DNA from: a virus
Taxonomy: Duplodnaviria > Caudoviricetes
Reading direction: 5' to 3' (one strand)
IMG/VR virus record: IMGVR_UViG_3300024520_000444
Coordinates: 1 to 25,883 of that record
DNA length: 25,883 nt
Shown here: positions 9,503 to 17,147 of the stretch, piece by piece
Layout: each line of letters opens with the position of its first letter
Numbering within the stretch: the stretch's first letter is position 1
Program-made: the position numbers and the translations under genes
Notes under the pieces: generated by a model
Database searches by the model: none
What the model saw: only the letters and a program-made list of their open reading frames with translations
What the model was told of the DNA's origin: nothing

Positions 9503-10075
9503 GTTGAATATCGTTTATATTTAGAGTCTGATTCAACTGGATGATAAAGGGACAAGTCCAATAGGTTAATACCGCCAAGTAGATAAGATCAAGTCCTGAA
9601 GAAAGTCAGAATTTCTTGACCGAGTCGATGCGGTGGTATCGATAAAGTGAGCGCCTTTTAGGTATAAGTTTCACTGGGTAAAAAATGAGTTTGTAGATTT
9701 CTCGTTACTGACAATTCAAATCTAGGGCTGAAACAAATGCCAACAGCAAGGATGGGAATCCGAAAATGTAAGTCTCTAAAGGGGGACTTGGAAGCATCTT
9801 CGAGATAACTGAGATTCTTGAACCCGATAGCCAGTAAATTTTTTAGGAAATTTTTAGCAGTCGATGAAAGCAGATTGATAGTGATGTCATGGTTGCCGAT
9901 TCAAATATCAGGATGACTTAGATCATATCAAGAACATTAATTATCTTTATCTCGAAAGACAAGCGCCAAGAAAGCCAAGATGGAAATCATAATGAGCATT
10001 GCGAGGTCTATATGAATAGTCCTAAGAATTTATTTATAACTGGCGAGAGTGGGGTTTCTCCCCTCGCTCTCGCAA
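9503..10075 (+). ncRNA. Candidate large structured RNA (~570 nt)
   Basis: No ORF in the track; many local and long-range complementary segments, e.g. 9581-9599 with 9908-9946; starts at the predicted transcription start and ends in a GC-rich hairpin at 10043-10073. Confidence 0.55.
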
Positions 10076-10156
10076 TACAGTTTAGTTCGCCTTAATCATA
10101 TTCATAACGAGTGTGATTAATGGGAATTATCCCAATTCATAATAGGAGAAAAAATT

Positions 10157-10639
10157 ATGAGAAAAATTACTAAAGAAAGTTCAGAAGCATTTGTGAATTT
10201 CGAGCAATACAAGAAGTCCAATACTGAAGTAGCAATTAAGTATGGATATTCATCTTCAGATGAAATCGCTAGATTTTATTTGCATGGGAATTGTATAGCT
10301 GAAATCAATAGATCAACATTGCCTGAATGTCGGGGATTAAAATCTATTGAGATTGATCTATGCGGATGGCATACACCAACCACTAGAGAAAGAATCAATG
10401 GCATTCTTGATGCACTTCATTATGACTTTAAGATCGCTCAGAGAAATCATGAGCAAGTCTTGGTTAGAATGAAAAACGAGAATCAGCATTGTTATGTGAC
10501 TGATTCAGATTTTAGCTACAGTTGGGAACAGGAATTGAAACTATCTGACGATAGTTTTGATCCCGAATTTGCTAAGAAAGTTTTTGCATCTAGCGAGTTC
10601 GTTAGTGGCACTGATCTGAATGCAATAACTGACTTTTAA
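10157..10639 (+). CDS. Hypothetical early phage protein
   Basis: 160 aa, strong TAGGAG SD; LHGNCIA..GWHTPTTRERING motif. Confidence 0.8.
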   Translation: MRKITKESSEAFVNFEQYKKSNTEVAIKYGYSSSDEIARFYLHGNCIAEINRSTLPECRGLKSIEIDLCGWHTPTTRERINGILDALHYDFKIAQRNHEQVLVRMKNENQHCYVTDSDFSYSWEQELKLSDDSFDPEFAKKVFASSEFVSGTDLNAITDF

Positions 10640-10708
10640 ATCAACTGATGAGCCTGTGAAACTCAGGCGAAACCCAATCGAAAGGTTGGGTCTTGATAAT
10701 AACTTTCA
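10640..10708 (+). ncRNA. Hammerhead ribozyme 1, type I
   Basis: Stem I ATCAA/TTGAT, core CTGATGA, stem II GCCTG/CAGGC, GAAA, stem III CCCAATC-GAAA-GGTTGGG, GUC site (cut after 10692); loop II TGAAA can pair with TTTCA at 10704-10708. Confidence 0.92.
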
Positions 10709-10721
10709 TATGGAGAATCAA

Positions 10722-11201
10722 ATGAAAATAATAAATAAAAAATTCAATGTGCCTACATGGGAATTGATAGTTCACGATAACTATAAAGAATTTCTAACAG
10801 CACAAAATAAAACTTCTAAGTCTAGGCTTGATGAGGTGAATAAAGCAATCACCAAAGAAAGAAAAAGGTTGAAACAAATAATCGCTGATTATGAAGAATC
10901 AATAAATGATCTTGTTGCTTGTCGTAAAGAGTTCAAAAAAGAAATTGAACAGGTTGCGACTGAGTATAGCTTCAGAAGGAAAATCAATGCACTACTAAAG
11001 AAGCATAGCTATTTATATGTGTGTTGGAATGGTGATGAGGATGTTTATACAACTTGGGTTTACTCAGATGACTTTAGGGATGAATATGAACCTACAGGAT
11101 ATTCTGAAGATGATCCTTATTATGATGAACATTTCTGTGATGAATATGAAGAAGCATACGAGAGATGTTTGGTTTACATTAAGCATCACGAAAGCATTTA
11201 A
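10722..11201 (+). CDS. Hypothetical protein (coiled coil plus acidic C-terminal domain)
   Basis: ATG 10722 with a GGAG SD; the ORF-track GTG at 10656 lies inside the ribozyme. Confidence 0.75.
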   Translation: MKIINKKFNVPTWELIVHDNYKEFLTAQNKTSKSRLDEVNKAITKERKRLKQIIADYEESINDLVACRKEFKKEIEQVATEYSFRRKINALLKKHSYLYVCWNGDEDVYTTWVYSDDFRDEYEPTGYSEDDPYYDEHFCDEYEEAYERCLVYIKHHESI

Positions 11202-11220
11202 TAAATAACCAAAGGGGTTG

Positions 11221-11240
11221 AATATTGACCAGTCAATATT
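11221..11240. repeat. 20-bp palindrome copy 2 (perfect), within a longer hairpin at 11212-11249
   Basis: AAGGGGTTG-AATATTGACCAGTCAATATT-TGACCCCTT. Confidence 0.92.
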
Positions 11241-11248
11241 TGACCCCT

Positions 11249-11300
11249 TGCTGTATAGGAATGTAATTCCTACTGATGATTGCGAAAGCATGAAACAGCA
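11249..11300 (+). ncRNA. Hammerhead ribozyme 2, type III
   Basis: Stem III TGCTG/CAGCA, GUA site (cut after 11255), stem I TAGGAAT-GTA-ATTCCTA, CTGATGA, stem II T-TGC-GAAA-GCA-T, GAAA. Confidence 0.88.
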
Positions 11301-11332
11301 CCAATCTAATTTACATAACATAGGAGAAAATT

Positions 11333-12421
11333 ATGAGTAAATTAAAAGCTAGTGAACTAGTCGAAGTAATCTTACATAACTTAGAGAATGCATCGAACAG
11401 TGTGCCTTTCATAAAAGGAAGCCCCGCTATCGGTAAATCTTCTCTAGTCTTTGAGATTGCTCAGACTATTGCTGACAAATCTAAACTGAAACTGATCAGG
11501 GATCATAAGGATCGACCAATCTATAATGTGAAGCCAAAGAAAAATGAATTTGGTTTTGCTGATTTTAGGGTCGCCATGTATGAGCCAATAGACTTTTCAG
11601 GGTTGCCATATATCGATGATAAAACTGGCAGTCAGAAAAGAGCATTACTGGATAATCTGCCTACAGATAAAAACAGTAAAGGTCTTTTGTTTTTGGATGA
11701 AGTAGCCCAAGCAACTCCCGCTTTGCAAAATACGATTCGCCAACTGACTTTTGAAGGTCGCATTGGCACTGATTATGTTTTGCCTACTGGTTGGAAAATT
11801 ATCCTTGCGGGTAATCATTCAACCGATAGAGCGGGTGCACAAAGAATCTTGACTCACTTTCAATCTGCTTGTTTAACTTTGGAATTAGTTCCAGATACGA
11901 ACGAGTGGCTAGAGTGGGGATATGGGAATAATATTAATGCTGACATACTGGCATTCTTAACTTTCCAACCTCAAGAATTGCATCAATTTGATGCTAAGAA
12001 GGAGGGTGGATTTCCCGCACCGAGAATCTGGCATCAAGTAAGTGAGATGTTGAATGGTGATCTTAGACGATCACTGATACAGCCAGTCTTAGAATCTTAC
12101 TTGGGTGAAAGGGTTGCTAGAGAATTTGAAACTTTTTGTGCATTCCAAAATGAATTGGAATCGCCAACCAAAATTCTCAAAAGTCCAAAAACAGCAAAAC
12201 TACCTGAAAGGACAGAGTTGCAATATGCAAGTGTCGCATCTCTGATCAATGCGGTTGAAACTCCAAAGCAATTTGAAAATGCTCTGACTTATGTAGAGCG
12301 TTTTAATGCTAAAGAATATTCAGTTTTGTTTGTCAAAGCACTCACAACTAAAGAATCAAAATTCAAAGAGACTTCGGTCTTTATTGATTGGCACATTAAA
12401 AACCAAGATATCTTGGTTTAA
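11333..12421 (+). CDS. MoxR-like AAA+ ATPase
   Basis: Walker A GSPAIGKS, Walker B LLFLDE, ILAGN sensor, PAPR.W; VWA gene nearby. Confidence 0.85.
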   Translation: MSKLKASELVEVILHNLENASNSVPFIKGSPAIGKSSLVFEIAQTIADKSKLKLIRDHKDRPIYNVKPKKNEFGFADFRVAMYEPIDFSGLPYIDDKTGSQKRALLDNLPTDKNSKGLLFLDEVAQATPALQNTIRQLTFEGRIGTDYVLPTGWKIILAGNHSTDRAGAQRILTHFQSACLTLELVPDTNEWLEWGYGNNINADILAFLTFQPQELHQFDAKKEGGFPAPRIWHQVSEMLNGDLRRSLIQPVLESYLGERVAREFETFCAFQNELESPTKILKSPKTAKLPERTELQYASVASLINAVETPKQFENALTYVERFNAKEYSVLFVKALTTKESKFKETSVFIDWHIKNQDILV

Positions 12422-12518
12422 GTGGTCTAATCAAAACTTGATACACAATGGCACTACCTGATTTTTATCAGGGGATAAGGGTCTTTTTTGATTCTCCTAT
12501 ACCTTATTCGCCATTGTG

Positions 12519-12572
12519 TAATCCTCGTATGACATTAGTAGTCATGCCTGATGAGATACTTCGAAAGGATTA
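12519..12572 (+). ncRNA. Hammerhead ribozyme 3, type III
   Basis: Stem III TAATCC/GGATTA, CUC site (cut after 12526), stem I GTATGAC/GTCATGC, CTGATGA, 2-bp stem II GA-TACT-TC, GAAA; loop I AGTA is complementary to loop II TACT. Confidence 0.88.
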
Positions 12573-12611
12573 TGAATCAGTTAATTAACTTTTACTTATA
12601 GGAGAATAAAT

Positions 12612-13601
12612 ATGAGTAAGAAAAATAATGACAAGAAAACTGCATTAGCAGAATCTTGTGTGAAAGTTCAGGTCACTATAAAAACTTATAGTGGGATAAA
12701 GGCTGATACCAGTGCTAGAAATGAATTGGCAGATATTAAAAATGCCAACTCGGATTTAGTAAAAGTATCTAAGCATTTATTAGACCCTGAATATCTTAAA
12801 CCCCCAATTCAGGTTGGCAAACAATTCAGGAATCAAGTTATCTATAAGAAAACTTTACCTTGGATTGATGCTGACGATAAAGTTTTGGGTGGTGGCAAGT
12901 CATATGTCTCAGGAAACCGACAGGTGAAAAAAGGCGAATGGCGATTGCTACCCGCAACTGAATTGGAAGCGTTTGAGAAAGAAGTTAAGCGATATAAGAA
13001 AAACTTCGATGATGAGGTTGAAATTATATTGCGAGACTACTCAAAGAAAATCGAAGAAGCCAAGCAGAATCATGTTGGATTGGGTGATCTATTCAAAGAA
13101 TATGAATATCCAACACCTAATGATCTGCGAGATAGGTATATCTTTGATTATGAAATTGGAATCGTAAACGAGTTCAATCACAAAGATATTAGAGTGGCAA
13201 TATCTGAAGTCGCCAAATCTAATATCATTGCCAATCATAAAGAAGGCGAAGAAACTGTTAAGCAGAATGCCGATAAGCATACTGCAAAACAACTTGTTTC
13301 TAGCATCGAAAGATTGGCAAGTGGATTGGAAAAGTTTGATCCCAAAAACAAAAGCAAGAATCCATTAAGGGATAGTAGCTATAACGAGCTTAGAGATATG
13401 CTTGATTCAATAGATCAATATCTATTGGGTGATGATGATGATCTAAGATCAACTGTAGCTGACTTGAGAAAAGACATCATAGATGCAAAATCTCAAGACA
13501 ATCTCAAGAAGGATAACAAGGCTAGGAAATCCACAGCTAAGAAACTGAGACAGGCTGAAAAGAAGGTCAAAGTTTCTGACACTGCTAAAGGATTATTTTA
13601 G
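12612..13601 (+). CDS. Hypothetical helical protein of the AAA/VWA module (possibly DUF3150-like)
   Basis: 329 aa with strong SD; TLPW..RLLP..YPT motifs; lies between the ATPase and VWA genes; family call tentative. Confidence 0.65.
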   Translation: MSKKNNDKKTALAESCVKVQVTIKTYSGIKADTSARNELADIKNANSDLVKVSKHLLDPEYLKPPIQVGKQFRNQVIYKKTLPWIDADDKVLGGGKSYVSGNRQVKKGEWRLLPATELEAFEKEVKRYKKNFDDEVEIILRDYSKKIEEAKQNHVGLGDLFKEYEYPTPNDLRDRYIFDYEIGIVNEFNHKDIRVAISEVAKSNIIANHKEGEETVKQNADKHTAKQLVSSIERLASGLEKFDPKNKSKNPLRDSSYNELRDMLDSIDQYLLGDDDDLRSTVADLRKDIIDAKSQDNLKKDNKARKSTAKKLRQAEKKVKVSDTAKGLF

Positions 13602-13688
13602 TTTGGTGGGGAGTCGCAAGACTCCCCAACACCAACATCTCAGCTCCCTGAGAAATAAAAATATTTTTAGAAGGTTTAAATCAAAGCA

Positions 13689-13708
13689 AGTATTGACCAG
13701 TCAATATT
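13689..13708. repeat. 20-bp palindrome copy 3, within a longer hairpin at 13680-13717
   Basis: ATCAAAGCA-AGTATTGACCAGTCAATATT-TGTTTTGAT. Confidence 0.9.
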
Positions 13709-13762
13709 TGTTTTGATGTAGGCATTCTGTCTGCAAAATTTGTTTATATATAGGAGAAAATT

Positions 13763-15187
13763 ATGGATAAGCAAACAACTGCCAGTAAAGTGGCAGAACA
13801 CAACATCGTCAAAGCTAGAACCTCGATCATCCAAAAGGGTCATCTTGGTATGGCTTCGATGATTACTCCTTTGATTCTGAAAGAAGTTTCAAAGGATGTA
13901 TGTTCTACAATGGCAACCGATGGCACTCATATCTTTTGGTGTGAATCCTTTGTCAATGAATCGAGTCATGAAGAATTGGAATTCGTTCTAATGCATGAAG
14001 CGTTGCATTGCACTTGGGCACATCATCTCAGAAGAAATGATAGGAATCCTGAGTTATGGAATATCGCAACTGATTATGCAATCAATGGCGAGTTAAATAG
14101 ATCAGGTTCAATATCCTATTGGAAGATGCCAAAGGATGCATTGTATGACAGCAAATATGATGGCAAAACTGCTGACGAAATCTACGCTATATTGCTTCAG
14201 GAAAAAGATCAGAAAGATAAAGAAAATGATCAGTCTGATAATTCTTCTGACGATGGCGATCAATCCGATGGATCATCCGATGGTGATTCTGATGGTGATT
14301 CTAATGATCAAGATCAAAGCAATGGCGGTGATAAAAAAGATGGTGATGATTTGGCGAATGCTAATGAAGGTAAACCATCTAACACTAGCCAAGCGGGTGG
14401 TGTTTGGGATGCAGTGAGCCAAGATGGAAAACCATTAACCAAGCAAGAAAATATTGATGCTCAAAGAGAATTGGCTAACAAAGTCCGATTGGCTGACAGC
14501 ATGAGTCGATCTTGCGGTAGCGGTTATGACAATTCATTCAACCGAAGGGTGAATGAAATTGATGTGGAAACTGCCAACTATCTTGAGAAAATTCAGGATT
14601 GGTTGGTCAGCGTTTTCCCTGATCAAACATCTTGGAATCGACCACATAGAAACCATATATGGAAAGATTCTACTTACAAGAAAGGAAACTATCTTCCGAG
14701 TAGGGTCAGTTCAGTTATGGGTGGCACTTTGGCAATCGGTGTTGATGTATCAGGATCAACTTCTTATTACATGGATGGATTCATGTCTCAGATACAGGGG
14801 TTGGTTGAGCAATGCAACATTGAGAAGGTCAAAGTTTGTTGGTGTAGCACCATAGTTCATCATGACGAAGAAGGGAATTATTGGGATGAAGTTGACATCT
14901 CTGCGGGTGAATCTTTATTAGATATCACTCCTAGAGGTGGCGGTGGAACTGAATTAACTCCCATCTTTGAATTGGTGAATAACTATACCGATGATGTTGC
15001 TGACATACAGGGTCTAATTGTTTTTACTGATGGAGAATTTTACCCAGTAAAAGCAAAACATGAGCCTGATATTCCAGTCCTATGGGCAACCACTCGTATG
15101 GATTGGGGTGTGACTGAATCTGAGTTTGGGGAAGTAATCCATCTACCGCCCCATTGCCTAACAGCAGACTTAGATTTAGCTAGTTAG
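13763..15187 (+). CDS. HExxH metallopeptidase-like plus VWA domain protein (DUF2201-like)
   Basis: TMATDG, HEALH, WNIATDYAIN; acidic D/S/G linker; MIDAS-like DVSGS, GGGGT, FTDG. Confidence 0.88.
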   Translation: MDKQTTASKVAEHNIVKARTSIIQKGHLGMASMITPLILKEVSKDVCSTMATDGTHIFWCESFVNESSHEELEFVLMHEALHCTWAHHLRRNDRNPELWNIATDYAINGELNRSGSISYWKMPKDALYDSKYDGKTADEIYAILLQEKDQKDKENDQSDNSSDDGDQSDGSSDGDSDGDSNDQDQSNGGDKKDGDDLANANEGKPSNTSQAGGVWDAVSQDGKPLTKQENIDAQRELANKVRLADSMSRSCGSGYDNSFNRRVNEIDVETANYLEKIQDWLVSVFPDQTSWNRPHRNHIWKDSTYKKGNYLPSRVSSVMGGTLAIGVDVSGSTSYYMDGFMSQIQGLVEQCNIEKVKVCWCSTIVHHDEEGNYWDEVDISAGESLLDITPRGGGGTELTPIFELVNNYTDDVADIQGLIVFTDGEFYPVKAKHEPDIPVLWATTRMDWGVTESEFGEVIHLPPHCLTADLDLAS

Positions 15188-15353
15188 GATTGGTGCAAAA
15201 AGGGGGGTTTTAAGGGTATGTTATGCCCTTACTACCCCTCTAACTTTGCATTAGACGAGCAATGGTGAAGCCATTTTTTGTGAGATTCGTCTTAATAGCA
15301 TCATTTGGTGTTATTAAGGGGAATTATCCCAAACTCAAATAAGGAGAATTAAT

Positions 15354-15602
15354 ATGAGTGAACAATCATTAAAAGAAGTAGCAGTAAACCATGACGACAT
15401 TGAAAAACTAGAAACTGCCTTAGACTACATTATGTATGTGGCTAGAACAGGCGGTCATGTTTTTATGCCTGAAGATAAAAAAGACTTTAAGCCTTTTTTG
15501 TTAAGTGAGATAAAAAGATTTCTCAATGAAGTCATAGAGGATTGCATTCAGGAAAATCCTGAAGGTGCAGAAATATACAAACTAAAACCAACTGATGATT
15601 AG
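15354..15602 (+). CDS. Hypothetical protein; last codons overlap hammerhead 4
   Basis: 82 aa with an AAGGAG SD. Confidence 0.75.
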   Translation: MSEQSLKEVAVNHDDIEKLETALDYIMYVARTGGHVFMPEDKKDFKPFLLSEIKRFLNEVIEDCIQENPEGAEIYKLKPTDD

Positions 15603-15674
15603 CTGAAATGCTATGAAAGCCAATCGCAAGATTGGCTATTGGTGTCAGTGTAATGCTGACTAAATTAACTTTCA
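15587..15674 (+). ncRNA. Hammerhead ribozyme 4, type I
   Basis: Stem I ACCAA/TTGGT, CTGATGA, stem II T-TAGC-TGAAAT-GCTA-T, GAAA, stem III GCCAATC-GCAA-GATTGGC, CUA site (cut after 15638); loop II TGAAA can pair with TTTCA at 15670-15674. Confidence 0.9.
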
Positions 15675-15691
15675 TTTATAGGAGATAAAAT

Positions 15692-16336
15692 ATGAATGAG
15701 ATAATCGATGATCTAAAGATCAAAGAAAAAAACATTCACAAGCTGAAAGGATTTCTTGATGACAATAAGTTCTATGGAAAAACTACTGGCTTTGCTGAAA
15801 GTCTTTTCAAGCACTTTGAAAAGAGAGGTGAATTGTCTGACAAACAATGGCATTGGGTATTGAAACTTGTTGATCAAGTTCAGAATCCAAAGCAAGAAGA
15901 ACCTGAGAAAAAACTGCCTAATATAAATGGTGTTTATTCTCTGCTCAGACGAGCGGTATCACCAAAGAATAAATCATTCCCTAAATTGTGGTTAAGACTT
16001 GATGACCAAGATATAAAAATATCCAAAGCATCAAACAAGTCTAGGCACAGAGGAAAACTATTTCTCAGCAACGGGAAGTGGGGATATGAAAATATTTACT
16101 TTGGGCGTATCGAAACCGATGGCGATCTTTACTTATCAAAAGATGGCAAAGAGGTTCAGGAAAAACTAATCGATCTATTAAATAGATTGGTTAGTGATCC
16201 TGAGAAAGTCGCAAGTGAATATGGAAAACTCACTGGCAACTGCTTTGCTTGTCATAAACAACTGTCCGATGACCGATCTATTGAAGTAGGTTATGGGAAA
16301 GTTTGTGCTGATAAGTTTGGATTACGTTGGGGATAA
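15692..16336 (+). CDS. Protein with C-terminal DUF6011-like zinc finger
   Basis: YGKLTGNCFACHKQLSDDRSIEVGYGKVCADKFG. Confidence 0.75.
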   Translation: MNEIIDDLKIKEKNIHKLKGFLDDNKFYGKTTGFAESLFKHFEKRGELSDKQWHWVLKLVDQVQNPKQEEPEKKLPNINGVYSLLRRAVSPKNKSFPKLWLRLDDQDIKISKASNKSRHRGKLFLSNGKWGYENIYFGRIETDGDLYLSKDGKEVQEKLIDLLNRLVSDPEKVASEYGKLTGNCFACHKQLSDDRSIEVGYGKVCADKFGLRWG

Positions 16337-16341
16337 GTGAT

Positions 16342-16380
16342 GATATTGACTGGTTGTTTTAATAATGACCAGTCAATATT
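16342..16380. repeat. 20-bp palindrome copy 4 (16361-16380) plus an inverted partial copy (16342-16358)
   Basis: GATATTGACTGGTTGTT-TT-AATAATGACCAGTCAATATT. Confidence 0.88.
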
Positions 16381-16590
16381 TGATTTCTCGTATGGTTTCC
16401 CTATTTACGTTTTGATAAACACTCATTTTGGGTGATGTCTAGGCATTACCCGACATGAGAAAATGCATTAGAACGTAAATAAGGAGTCCATTTTTCCTAG
16501 AATTAGTATGAAAATGCTAGTTTTGGGTGGATTTCTATTAATGGGCGATTCATTCGCCTTAATTTAATCTTACTATATAGGAGACAAATT

Positions 16591-16893
16591 ATGAGTAAGA
16601 AAAGAACTGTGCCATCTTTTGTAGCAGATGCTTATTTAGAAGCATTAACTATTTATGGCTACGACACTATGAACCATGAAAAGTATTGCTTTTCTGTAGA
16701 TCACTTTATAGATAACTATAAAGAATTTGCCAAAGATGATTTCTTTTGGATATTTCATTCCAAAGAAGAAAGAGATTCTTTTGCTTTAGATTCTTACAGA
16801 GAAGAATTAAATTGCGATTTTACTTATGGAGAAGCCAAAGAATATTTAGATGGCTTGAAAGAAATCGATCTTGATAAGGCGGTGTCATCATGA
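16591..16893 (+). CDS. Hypothetical protein
   Basis: 100 aa with a TAGGAG SD. Confidence 0.75.
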   Translation: MSKKRTVPSFVADAYLEALTIYGYDTMNHEKYCFSVDHFIDNYKEFAKDDFFWIFHSKEERDSFALDSYREELNCDFTYGEAKEYLDGLKEIDLDKAVSS

Positions 16894-17075
16894 GTGCCGA
16901 AATTTTGATAGACGAACAAGATCAAGAAAATTGGAATGTAATTTTAGATGATCTTAGAGAGTCGGGAATAATCAATATGTTCGGTGCGCCATCTTGGTTG
17001 CAAGATAATTTTTGTGTTTCTAAAAAAGAATCGCAACAAATTTTCAACAACTGGACAGAAACTTACAATCGCTAG
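16890..17075 (+). CDS. Small hypothetical phage protein
   Basis: ATGA overlap with the previous gene; LDDLRESG.INMFGA motif. Confidence 0.75.
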   Translation: MSAEILIDEQDQENWNVILDDLRESGIINMFGAPSWLQDNFCVSKKESQQIFNNWTETYNR

Positions 17076-17094
17076 TTATAAATAAATAAAACTT

Positions 17095-17147
17095 GACCCT
17101 ATCGGTCTATGTCTTTTTAGATGTGGATCGGTAGGGTCTTTTTTTTT
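17095..17147 (+). terminator. Intrinsic terminator ending the early unit
   Basis: 20-bp stem GACCCTATCGGTCTATGTCT/AGATGTGGATCGGTAGGGTC (with G-U pairs) followed by T9. Confidence 0.9.

Noticed and set aside
10010-10025. ATAGTCC resembling the group I intron S element
   Set aside because: No matching R/P7 partner found and no interrupted gene
10043-10085. GC-rich hairpin as an intrinsic terminator
   Set aside because: No adjacent U-tract; kept only as a possible 3' boundary of the RNA candidate
10656-10721. N-terminal extension of the 10656 ORF
   Set aside because: GTG lies in hammerhead stem II with no SD; ATG 10722 has one
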